From: Gammaproteobacteria bacterium
GTDB taxonomy: Bacteria; Pseudomonadota; Gammaproteobacteria; Steroidobacterales; Rariloculaceae
Reading direction: 5' to 3'
NCBI GenBank assembly: GCA_036563665.1
Contig: DATCLY010000043.1
Coordinates: forward strand, 7,012-71,011
DNA: 64,000 bases
How positions within the stretch are numbered: position 1 is the first letter of the stretch; every line of letters starts with the position of its first letter. Shown here one piece after another: positions 44,532-52,962 of the stretch. The translations under genes were made by a program, and so were the position numbers. Below the pieces are notes generated by a model. That model was not told the origin of the DNA, ran no database searches, and saw nothing but the letters and a program-made list of their open reading frames with translations.

Positions 44532-45343
44532 AGATCGATTCGACCCTCGTACACCGTGGTCGCGGGGCCCGTCTGTTGCAGCGACGCGCCCGGCCCCGGC
44601 CAGCGCACCGTCAGCGAGCCGCCGGGCAGCGCCACCTCGACTTCGGGCTCGAGCAGGCCCCAGCGCCTGCCCACCGCCACGGCCGCGGCTGCGCCGCTGC
44701 CGCACGCGAGCGTCTCGCCCGCGCCGCGCTCGAAGACGCGCAGACGGATGCGCGAAGGCGTCACGCGCTCCATGAATCCGACGTTGACCCCTCTCGGAAA
44801 AGCAGCATGTGCTTGCAGCTCCGGAGCCAGTATACCGACGGGCGCGCGTTCCACCGAATCCACCGGGATGACCGCGTGCGGGTTACCCATCGACACGGCG
44901 CCGAGCTCCACCTCGCCGCTCGCGACGCGCAGCCGGTACCGCTCGCGCTCCTCGTCCGCGACGAACGGCAGCGACGCCGGGCGGAAGTCCGGCACGCCCA
45001 AGTCCACGGTGACGAGGCCGCGCTCGTCCACGCGGGCCGTGATACGCCCGGCGCCGCCTTCGAGCAGCACCTCGCCGCCGCCGGACGGCGCGAGGTAGCG
45101 GGCGAGGCAGCGCACGCCGTTGCCCGACTGCTCGGCCTCGCCGCCGTCCGAGTTGAAGACGCGGTAGGTGGCCGTCACGCCCGGACGACGGCCGATCAGA
45201 AGGAGCTGATCGAAGCCGATGCCCCGGCGGCGGTCGCCCAGGCGCCGGATGCGTTCGGGCGCGGGGGCCGGCACGCCTTCGGGCCACTCCATGAGCACGA
45301 AGTCGTTGCCGAGCGCCTCCATCTTGGTGAACGGCAGCCGCAT
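44528..45343 (-). CDS. dapF: Diaminopimelate epimerase with Ser replacing the first catalytic Cys
   Basis: FTKMEALGNDF, GIGFDQLL, FNSDG, EQSGNG (normally EQCGNG), SMGNPH, GVNVGF, RVFERGAGETLACGSG. Confidence 0.92.
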   Translation of the reverse strand: MRLPFTKMEALGNDFVLMEWPEGVPAPAPERIRRLGDRRRGIGFDQLLLIGRRPGVTATYRVFNSDGGEAEQSGNGVRCLARYLAPSGGGEVLLEGGAGRITARVDERGLVTVDLGVPDFRPASLPFVADEERERYRLRVASGEVELGAVSMGNPHAVIPVDSVERAPVGILAPELQAHAAFPRGVNVGFMERVTPSRIRLRVFERGAGETLACGSGAAAAVAVGRRWGLLEPEVEVALPGGSLTVRWPGPGASLQQTGPATTVYEGRIDL

Positions 45344-45478
45344 GCTGTCTGTCGCGGGCCGCGCGCGGCCGCGTTTCCCCCTCTGCTCTGGTAATGCCCG
45401 GTATGGAAGGTTAATGTCGCCCGCCGGCGCGCGTTTCGTGGACGCGGCGGCAACGCGGATTATAGTGGTTAATCGATA

Positions 45479-46972
45479 GTGGATTCGATCTGGCAGCGGC
45501 CGCACGCCACCTACCGGGACCTGCGCGAGTTCCTGGACGCGCTGCGCGCGCGAGGCGAGCTTCGCGAGATCGCCGCGCCCGTGAGCCCCGTGCTCGAGCT
45601 CACCGAGATCTCGCGCCGGGTGCTCGCCCGCGGCGGCCCGGCGCTGCTCTTCACGCACGTGGGCGACGGTCGCGTGCGCACGCTCACCAACCTCTTCGGC
45701 ACGCCCGGCCGCGTGGCCGCCGCGCTCGGCGCGGACGACACGCGGGCGCTCGCCGAGCTCGGCAAGCTGCTCGCGGCGCTGCGGGCGCCCGAGCCGCCGA
45801 AGGGCATCGCCGAGGCCTTCCGCACCCTGCCGCTGATCCGCGAGGCGCTCAAGATGGCGCCCCGCACCGTGCGCAGCGCGCCCTGCCAGGAGGAGCGCGT
45901 GGAAGGCGCCGCCGTCGACCTCGCCCGCTGGCCCGTGCAGACCTGCTGGCCCGAGGACGCGGGCCCGCTGATCACCTGGGGCCTCACCACCACCCGGGGT
46001 CCCGACGGCGGCCGCCAGAATCTCGGTGTCTATCGCCAGCAGGTCATCGGCCCCAACAAGGTCATCATGCGCTGGCTCGCCCACCGCGGCGGCGCCGGGG
46101 ATTACCGGGCGTGGCTCGCGGCCCGTCCCGGCGAGCGCTTCCCCGTGGCGGTCAGCATCGGGGCCGACCCGGCCACGATCCTCGCGGCCGTCACGCCGAT
46201 CCCGAACACGCTGTCGGAGTACTCGTTCGCGGGGCTGCTGCGAGGCGAGAGGACGGAGCTCGTGCGGTGCCTGGGCTCCGATCTCCTCGTGCCCGCCAGC
46301 GCCGAGATCACGCTCGAGGGGTACATCGAGCCCGGCGAGGAGGCGCCCGAAGGGCCGTTCGGCGACCACACCGGCTACTACAACGAGGTCGAGCGCTTCC
46401 CGGTGATGACGATCGAGCGCATCACCCACCGCCGCGACCCGATCTACCACACCACGTACACGGGGCGGCCCCCCGACGAGCCGGCGGTGCTCGGCCTCGC
46501 CCTGAACGACGTGTTCGTGCCGATCTTGAAGACGCAGTTCCCGGAGATCGTGGACTTCTACCTGCCCGCCGAGGCCTGCTCCTACCGCCTGGCCGTGGTC
46601 AGCATCCGCAAGGAGTACCCCGGGCACGCGCGGCGCATCATGTTCGGGGTGTGGTCCTACCTGCGGCAGTTCATGTACACGAAGTTCATCATCGTGGTGG
46701 ACGACGACATCGACGCCCGCAACTGGCAGGACGTGATCTGGGCGGTGTCCACGCGCGTCGACCCCGCCCGCGACACGGTGCTGGTGGAATCGACGCCGAT
46801 CGACTACCTCGATTTCGCCTCGCCGACCGCCGGCCTAGGCTCGAAGCTCGGCATCGACGCCACCACGAAGTGGCCGGGGGAGGTCACGCGGACGCAAGGG
46901 CGCCCGATCACGATGACCGCGGACGTCGTGGCGCGCGTCGATCGGATGTGGAGCGAGCTCGGCCTCGAGTGA
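45479..46972 (+). CDS. ubiD: 3-polyprenyl-4-hydroxybenzoate decarboxylase
   Basis: [44 protein letters not shown] and YLDFASP. Confidence 0.97.
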   Translation: MDSIWQRPHATYRDLREFLDALRARGELREIAAPVSPVLELTEISRRVLARGGPALLFTHVGDGRVRTLTNLFGTPGRVAAALGADDTRALAELGKLLAALRAPEPPKGIAEAFRTLPLIREALKMAPRTVRSAPCQEERVEGAAVDLARWPVQTCWPEDAGPLITWGLTTTRGPDGGRQNLGVYRQQVIGPNKVIMRWLAHRGGAGDYRAWLAARPGERFPVAVSIGADPATILAAVTPIPNTLSEYSFAGLLRGERTELVRCLGSDLLVPASAEITLEGYIEPGEEAPEGPFGDHTGYYNEVERFPVMTIERITHRRDPIYHTTYTGRPPDEPAVLGLALNDVFVPILKTQFPEIVDFYLPAEACSYRLAVVSIRKEYPGHARRIMFGVWSYLRQFMYTKFIIVVDDDIDARNWQDVIWAVSTRVDPARDTVLVESTPIDYLDFASPTAGLGSKLGIDATTKWPGEVTRTQGRPITMTADVVARVDRMWSELGLE

Positions 46973-46981
46973 CCGCTCTTG

Positions 46982-47007
46982 AAATGTCCAACCGATTGGA
47001 CATTTTT
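46982..47007. promoter_or_regulatory. AT-rich 10-bp inverted repeat: operator upstream of parA-like gene or weak ubiD terminator
   Basis: AAATGTCCAA-CCGA-TTGGACATTT followed by TT. Confidence 0.45.
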
Positions 47008-47087
47008 CATAACCCTGATTACTTTATGCGCACGCCGTGGGGGGCGGCCGCCGCCAGCACAATCATCCGAATCGCCCGGAGAAGCCG

Positions 47088-47732
47088 ATGCGACACATAT
47101 TGGTGACCAACGCCAAGGGAGGCTGCGGCAAGAGCACGATCGCCACGAGTCTCGCCGCGTACTACGCCTCCGAGGGCTACGCCACGGCGCTCGTGGACTT
47201 CGATCCGCAGGGCTCGGCGCTCGCGTGGCTGGAGCAGCGGCCCGAGGACTACGCGCCGATCACCGGCGTGTCGGGGCTCGACGGGGGCCTGCGCAACGTG
47301 CCCCGCAACACCGAGTACCTCATCATCGACTCGCCGGCGCGGGCCCACGGCAAGGAGCTGGTCGAGCTCGTGCGGCGGGCCGAGACCATCATCGTGCCCG
47401 TCCTGCCGTCGCCCATCGACATCAAGGCCGCCGAGAGCTTCGTGGACGAGCTGCTGTCGATAAACAAGGTGGCCGAGAAGAAGGCCAAGGCCGCGCTGGT
47501 GGCGAACCGCATCCGGGAGAACACGCTGATCTTCGAGGAGCTCGACGAGGTGCTGACGCGGCTCAAGGTGCCCTACGTCGCCACCCTGCGCGAGGCCCAG
47601 AACTACATCCGCGCCTACCAGCGAGGGCTCGGCATCCACGAGCTGCCGCCCTATCTCGCCTGGCCCGACTGGGAGCAGTGGGACCCGCTGCTCGAGTGGC
47701 TCGACTCCCGCCGCTCGCAGCCCCGCGCCTAG
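47088..47732 (+). CDS. Orphan ParA/CbiA family ATPase
   Basis: Deviant Walker A NAKGGCGKST, DFDPQGS, IIDSPA and PVLPSPID. No parB nearby. Confidence 0.92.
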   Translation: MRHILVTNAKGGCGKSTIATSLAAYYASEGYATALVDFDPQGSALAWLEQRPEDYAPITGVSGLDGGLRNVPRNTEYLIIDSPARAHGKELVELVRRAETIIVPVLPSPIDIKAAESFVDELLSINKVAEKKAKAALVANRIRENTLIFEELDEVLTRLKVPYVATLREAQNYIRAYQRGLGIHELPPYLAWPDWEQWDPLLEWLDSRRSQPRA

Positions 47733-47753
47733 CGCAGGAAGGCGCCGCGCGGC

Positions 47754-48965
47754 TCAGGGCTTGGCGTCCGCCGCCGGCGGCGACAGCGCCGGTGCCTCGA
47801 GCGGCACGCGGCTCGTGAGGGCCAGCCCCGACTTGAACGCCTGCGCGGCGCGCTCCGCCTCGCCGAGCTGGGTCAGCAGCCTCCCGTAGAGCGCATAGGC
47901 GTCCGCATCGGGCGCGATGGCGATGCTCGACTCGAGGTAGCTGCGCGCCTTGCCCCAGAGCTCGTTGGCGATGCAGAGCTTCGCGGCCGTGGCGAGCAGC
48001 ACGGGGTCCTCCGGATGCGTCTCGAGCCAGGCCTCCGCCTGGCGGAGCTGCTTCAGCACGTCGCTGCTTCGCACCTCGCCGTAGGCCGCGACGAGCGGCG
48101 CCGCGAACGAGCGCTTCAGGGCGGCCTTGAGCTCGCGCTCGGCGTCGTCGGGCCGCCCCACTTGCTGTAACGCGAGCGCGCGGCGGGCCACGAGCGCCGG
48201 CGACCGGCGCAGCGCCGGCGGCAGGGCCGCCCACAGCGCCTCGAGCTTCTCCGCGGTGAGGTCCGGCGCCTCGACGGCGGCCGCGAACGCCTCGGCCGCG
48301 AGCGCTTCGAGCGCGCCGGCGTCGAGCGCGGCGTTCTTGAGCCGCGGCAGGAGCTCCGCGAGCTGCCGGCGGTCGCCCAGGGCCGCGTGCGCGCGCGCGA
48401 GGAGCGCCACCGCGCCCGGATGGTCCGGCGCCCGCCGCAGCAGCGGCTCGAGCACCGTGCGGGCCCGCGCCGCGTCGCCGCTCTCGAGCGCGAGCTCGGC
48501 CTCGGTGAGCGCGACGGCCGCGGCCGCGTCGGGCATGCGCTCTGCCGCGAGCTTGAGCCAGCGATCGCGCCGGTCCGGGGCCCCCTGGCGGTGCGCGGCC
48601 CGGGCCGCGAGCAGGTAATTCGCGAGCGGCGCGTCGCTGCCCTTGAGCCCCTGCGTGAGCACCCGCTCCGCGCGCCGCCAGTCGCCCTCCACGAGATGCA
48701 CGAGGCCATGCGTGAGGCGGCCGCCCGCCCGGCGCAGCTGCCGCTCGGCGAGCGCGCCGCGGAGCCTGCGGGGCGCGCGCGCCACCGCGATCAGCGCCCG
48801 CACGGCGGCATAGAGCAGCACGAGGCCCATGACGAGCGCGGGCACCGATGTCTCGATCACCCAGCCCTTGAGCCCGATCAGCACGTAGCCGCGGTCCTCC
48901 AGGAGGAAGTGAGCGAGAAACGCGCCGACGAACAGCGCGGCGAGCGCGGCCACTCCGAGGCGCAT
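47754..48965 (-). CDS. hemY: HemY family membrane protein (HemY_N plus TPR)
   Basis: DRGYVLI, IETSV, LVEGDWRRAE, YLLAARAAH and LCIANELWGKARSYLE. ATG 48965. Confidence 0.92.
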   Translation of the reverse strand: MRLGVAALAALFVGAFLAHFLLEDRGYVLIGLKGWVIETSVPALVMGLVLLYAAVRALIAVARAPRRLRGALAERQLRRAGGRLTHGLVHLVEGDWRRAERVLTQGLKGSDAPLANYLLAARAAHRQGAPDRRDRWLKLAAERMPDAAAAVALTEAELALESGDAARARTVLEPLLRRAPDHPGAVALLARAHAALGDRRQLAELLPRLKNAALDAGALEALAAEAFAAAVEAPDLTAEKLEALWAALPPALRRSPALVARRALALQQVGRPDDAERELKAALKRSFAAPLVAAYGEVRSSDVLKQLRQAEAWLETHPEDPVLLATAAKLCIANELWGKARSYLESSIAIAPDADAYALYGRLLTQLGEAERAAQAFKSGLALTSRVPLEAPALSPPAADAKP

Positions 48966-50065
48966 CAATCGCCCTCTGCGGCGGCCGCCCCGCGCAGCAA
49001 CGTGAGCGAGCGGCCGATGGCCGGCCGCTCCGGGTCGATGTCGATACGGAGCATGCCCTGGAGCAGCTCCATGGCGCCCTCCACCTCGGCGGCGGTTGTG
49101 TCGAAGCGGCCTTCGAGCAGATCGAGCGCCCGGCGGAGCGCCGACTCGAACGCCTCGGCCCGGCCGTCGAGCGCGGCGAGCCGCGCCAGCGCGAGCTCGA
49201 GCGCGAGCTCCCGGCGCGTGAGCAGCCGCTCCGCGGCCGTGAGCTCGGGCCCCACGGGCTGGTCGCGGCGCTCCACGCGCACGAGGCCGAGCAGCGCCTG
49301 CTTCACGCTGGCCCAGAGCCGGCCGAGCCCGGGCTCCGCTTCCGCCGGCGCCTCGGGCGCGAGATCGTAGGCGGCCGGCGAGTCGGCCTCGAGCGGCAGC
49401 TCGTCCACGCGGGCAGCGAGCCGCCCCAGGCTGAAGACCAGGCCGTCGATGTCCGGCAGCCGCACGGCCCTGAGCGACAGCAGCTCGTCCGCGATCGCGG
49501 CCCGCACGGCGTTGAGCTCCGGGTCCGCGAGCTCCGCGAGCCGCTCGTCCGCGAGCGCGAGCGCGCGAATCGCGTTCTCCCACCGCCCCGCGAGCGCGAG
49601 CTCGGTGTTGGCGACGGTGAGGTAGTACTCCGCCTCGGCCCTGAGCCAGCTCGCGCGCGCCTCGAACGAGGCGCCCTGCGCGGCGGCGATGCGCCGCTCG
49701 AGGTCCGCGAAGCGGGTCGGCAGCGCGGCGAGCCGCTGCTCGAGGTCGCCGCGGGCGGCGCGCTCCGTCGCGATGCCGCCCTCGAGGTCTTGCAGGCGGT
49801 CGTCGAAGGCGCGCAGCTCCGCTCGCACGCGCTCGAGCGCCGCGGCGGTCTCGTCGTCCGCGCTCGCGAGCGCCACGTAGAACTGGCGGTACTGCCACCA
49901 CAGGAAGCCCGCGATCATCACGGCAACGAGCGCCACCGCGAGCGTGAAGATCGCGACGGGCGGCAAGCGCGGCCGGCCGCCGGCGGGCGGCGGCGCCGGC
50001 TCCTCCGGCGTCGCAGGCGCAGTGACGGGGCTCGGCGCGTCGTCGGTGGTCGGTGGATCGCTCAT
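48965..50065 (-). CDS. hemX: HemX family protein
   Basis: Pro-rich N-terminus, one TM helix, coiled coil, WLRAEAEYYLTVAN, ALALADERL and VRAAIADEL. TGATG coupling to hemY. Confidence 0.88.
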   Translation of the reverse strand: MSDPPTTDDAPSPVTAPATPEEPAPPPAGGRPRLPPVAIFTLAVALVAVMIAGFLWWQYRQFYVALASADDETAAALERVRAELRAFDDRLQDLEGGIATERAARGDLEQRLAALPTRFADLERRIAAAQGASFEARASWLRAEAEYYLTVANTELALAGRWENAIRALALADERLAELADPELNAVRAAIADELLSLRAVRLPDIDGLVFSLGRLAARVDELPLEADSPAAYDLAPEAPAEAEPGLGRLWASVKQALLGLVRVERRDQPVGPELTAAERLLTRRELALELALARLAALDGRAEAFESALRRALDLLEGRFDTTAAEVEGAMELLQGMLRIDIDPERPAIGRSLTLLRGAAAAEGD

Positions 50066-50108
50066 CGGCTGGGCGGGTGATCGTCCGGTGGTCGCACCTT
50101 TTACCACT

Positions 50109-50861
50109 TTAACGCCCGGCGAGCCGCCGCTTGAGCTCGCCGAGCTGGCGGCGGCTCACCGGCAGGGGCTCCGCGTGCCCCCGCAGCCGCAGGCAGTGCC
50201 CGCCGTCGGCCGTGCGCTCGAGCGCCTCCACGTGTGCCACGCTCACGAGCAGGCTGCGGTGCGCCCGCACGAAGAGCTCGTCGAACTCCTCCTCGAGCTG
50301 GCGCAGCGACTCGTCGGTGAGATCTTCGCCGCCCGCGTGGCGAATCACCACGTATTTCTGCTCCGCCCGGCAGAAGACGATGTCCCGCACGGCGATGAGC
50401 TTCAGGCCGTCGCGCACGCGGATCGCGAGGTGCTGCCGCCGCGCGAGCGGCGCGCGCCCGGCCACGAGCCCCTGCAGCTGCCGGGCGCTCAGGCGCGCGG
50501 CATGGGCGAGCGCGTCCTGGAGCCGCTCGCGCCGCACGGGCTTCAGCAGATAGCCCACGGCGCGCGACTCGAATGCCTCGAGCGCATATTCGTCGTAGGC
50601 CGTGGTGAACACCACGGCGGGGGGCTCGTCGAGCGCGTTCATGTGGCGCGCGGCTTCGATGCCCGTCATGCCCGGCATGCGGATGTCGAGCAGCACCACG
50701 GCCGGCCGCAGCGCCGCCACCTGCTCGAGCGCCTCGCGTCCCGTGGCGCACGTGCCCACCACGCGAAAGCCGTCGAGCTCGGTCACGAGCCGCTCCAGGC
50801 GCTCGCGCGCGGGCGGCTCGTCGTCGACGATCAGCACCCCGAGGCGCTCGTCCGACCGCAT
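50109..50861 (-). CDS. algR: LytTR family response regulator (AlgR-like)
   Basis: LIVDDEPPARERL, LLDIRMPG, VFTTAY, YLLKP, AEQKYV and FVRAHRSLLV. Confidence 0.9.
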   Translation of the reverse strand: MRSDERLGVLIVDDEPPARERLERLVTELDGFRVVGTCATGREALEQVAALRPAVVLLDIRMPGMTGIEAARHMNALDEPPAVVFTTAYDEYALEAFESRAVGYLLKPVRRERLQDALAHAARLSARQLQGLVAGRAPLARRQHLAIRVRDGLKLIAVRDIVFCRAEQKYVVIRHAGGEDLTDESLRQLEEEFDELFVRAHRSLLVSVAHVEALERTADGGHCLRLRGHAEPLPVSRRQLGELKRRLAGR

Positions 50862-50865
50862 GAGC

Positions 50866-51984
50866 TCATTCCTGCCGCGGGAAGCGGATCGTCACCGCGA
50901 ACTCGCCGGGCCGCTGCTCGACGGAGAGGCCGTCCTGCTCGCCGTAGGCGAGCTCGAGCCGCTGGCGGATGTTGTCGAGCGCGAGCCGATTGCCCGGCCG
51001 CTCCGGACCGGCCGTCGGCATCGGGTTGGTCACCGTGATGCACACGCGGTCGTTCTCGAGCCGGCCGTCCACCGTGACCGTGCCGCCGCCGGCGAGCCGC
51101 TCGATGCCGTGGTAGATGGCGTTCTCGAGCAGGGGCTGCAGGGTGAGCCCCGGGATCCGGCAGCGCATCGGCAGCCCCTCCACGTTCCACCTGACCTCGA
51201 GCCGCTCGCCGAGCCGCGCTTCCTCGATGCGCTGGTAGATGCGCGCGAGCTCGAGCTCCTCCTTGAGCGTGAGGAGGTTGTCGGAGTCGCGCAGCGTGGC
51301 CCGGAAGAGGTCCGCGAGGTCCTCCACGGCCTCCTCCGCGCGCGCCGGATCGCTGCGCGTCAACGCCGCGATGGTGTTCATGCTGTTGAAGAGGAAATGC
51401 GGGCGGATCCTGGCCTGCAGGGCATCGATGCGCGAGCGCGCCTCGGCCCGCACGTGCCGCCGCCACTCGTGCGTGACGAAGAAGTAGCGCAGCAGCATCG
51501 CGGTCACGATGAGGCAGATGCCCTCGTTGCGCAGCAGGAACGCCCAGCGCTCGGCCGGGAACAGCAGATCGGCGGCGCCGCGCTCGATGGCTCGCCGGCC
51601 GAGCCATACTGCCGCCTCCGAGATCACCGCGGTGTTCGCCATGAGCAGCACGAACACGGCCGCGGACGCCCACGCCACGGGGAGGGCGGCGAGCCGCGGC
51701 CGGGCGAGGCACAGCAGGCCCGCGCTCGTGAGGCCGAGCCACTGCACGAACAGCGACACGCGCGCGAGCTCCGTGAGGAACGGCTGCGACGGCCGGGCGA
51801 GCGCGAGCACCACGGCCAGCAGCTCCGCGAGCAGCACCACGGCGAAGACCATGCGCGGCGCGCAGAAGTCCGGCAGGAAGAACTCCGCCGGGCGGCCCGC
51901 CTCGGCTGCGGGCTCGGCGCGCGTCAGGCATTCCTGCGGCGGCGTGGAGGCGTTCGGAAGGTCAGTCGCACCAGAGTTCGACAT
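50866..51984 (-). CDS. algZ: LytS-type sensor histidine kinase (AlgZ/FimS-like)
   Basis: FFLPDFC, TM helices, LQARIRPHFLFNSMNTIA, LFRATL, LQPLLENAIYHG and ALDNIRQRL. Confidence 0.9.
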   Translation of the reverse strand: MSNSGATDLPNASTPPQECLTRAEPAAEAGRPAEFFLPDFCAPRMVFAVVLLAELLAVVLALARPSQPFLTELARVSLFVQWLGLTSAGLLCLARPRLAALPVAWASAAVFVLLMANTAVISEAAVWLGRRAIERGAADLLFPAERWAFLLRNEGICLIVTAMLLRYFFVTHEWRRHVRAEARSRIDALQARIRPHFLFNSMNTIAALTRSDPARAEEAVEDLADLFRATLRDSDNLLTLKEELELARIYQRIEEARLGERLEVRWNVEGLPMRCRIPGLTLQPLLENAIYHGIERLAGGGTVTVDGRLENDRVCITVTNPMPTAGPERPGNRLALDNIRQRLELAYGEQDGLSVEQRPGEFAVTIRFPRQE

Positions 51985-52405
51985 TCGCCGCGGCTTGTGC
52001 TCGGGCTTCGTCGATCTCTGCGTCCGTGAGATATTCGCGCCCGCCGTTCGGGAGTTGACGGTAGAGGCGATTCGTCGCGGCGTAGCGCTGCACGCGCTCC
52101 CGGGCGATCTCGCAGTTGCGGGCCCGGATCTCGGCCTCTTCCTCGGGCGTGCGCTGCGGCGCGGGCCGCTGCGCCTGCTCCGCCGCGGGCTGCTGCGCGG
52201 GCGCGGCGGCCTGCGTGGTCGCGGGCGGCGGCGCAGACGGCGTGCTCGACGGCCGAGCCATGATGATCGAGACGACCTCGGCGCGGCTGCTCAGCGGGCG
52301 ATCGCTGTAGGCGACGTTGCCTTGCTCGTCGGTCCAGCGATACACCTCGGCCGAGAAAGCGGCCGTCGCGAGGAAGGACACGAGGATGGAGCCGATGAGT
52401 CGCAC
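51962..52405 (-). CDS. DUF4124 domain secreted protein
   Basis: Signal peptide, then VYRWTDEQGNVAYSDRP, Pro/Ala linker and NCEIARE. Confidence 0.88.
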   Translation of the reverse strand: MRLIGSILVSFLATAAFSAEVYRWTDEQGNVAYSDRPLSSRAEVVSIIMARPSSTPSAPPPATTQAAAPAQQPAAEQAQRPAPQRTPEEEAEIRARNCEIARERVQRYAATNRLYRQLPNGGREYLTDAEIDEARAQAAANVELWCD

Positions 52406-52632
52406 TGCGGACGCCTCCGGATGGCCGAATGGAGTCTAGCACCGGGTGTTGCGCCCGCCGCGTGACCCATTTCGCCTTTTGCCTGTCCCGGCGCGCGTCC
52501 CTGGGCGCCGGGGCGCCCTTACGTTAAATCAGCCGGGTCCGACAGTACAGGTTATGATCGATGTCCGCGACGCGCATTCCCGTGCCGATGCACGCGAATT
52601 CCGGCTCGTCACCGCGCGCGGAGGGAAGTGAA

Positions 52633-52911
52633 ATGAGCGATCAGTCGCCCCGATTCAACTTGGATGAGCTCGCGAGACAGCTGGCCCAGTCGGTGCCGCA
52701 GAACCTCAAGGTTCTCGGCGAGGACCTCGAGCGCAACTTCAAGGCGCTGCTCAAGTCGGGACTGGAGCGCATGGAGGTGGTCACGCGGGAAGAGTTCGAC
52801 GTGCAGCGCGCGGTGCTCGAGCGCACCCGCGAGAAGCTCGAGGCCCTCGAGGCGCGGCTCGCGGAGCTCGAGAAGAGCCTCTCCGACAAGAGCCCGCCCG
52901 CCGGCGGCTGA
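52633..52911 (+). CDS. ubiK: Accessory factor UbiK (YqiC/BMFP) family
   Basis: VVTREEFDVQRAVLERTREKLEALEARLAELE. ATG 52633 after SD GAGGGAAG. Confidence 0.92.
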   Translation: MSDQSPRFNLDELARQLAQSVPQNLKVLGEDLERNFKALLKSGLERMEVVTREEFDVQRAVLERTREKLEALEARLAELEKSLSDKSPPAGG

Positions 52912-52962
52912 CGCCCAGGGCGCCGCGCAGTCCCGCCGCGGCCCGTAAGGCCGCAGCTCCGC

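Noticed and set aside
45344-45478. Small lipoprotein (lptM/lppL) expected upstream of dapF
   Set aside because: No lipobox-containing ORF found in either direction in this gap.
52487-52512. Hairpin CCCGGCGC-GCGTCCCTGG-GCGCCGGG with a CGTCCCTG loop resembling the twin-element core
   Set aside because: Only one hairpin, lacking the GTGAA motif and long arms; could be chance in GC-rich DNA. Worth rechecking only if a covariance model scores it.
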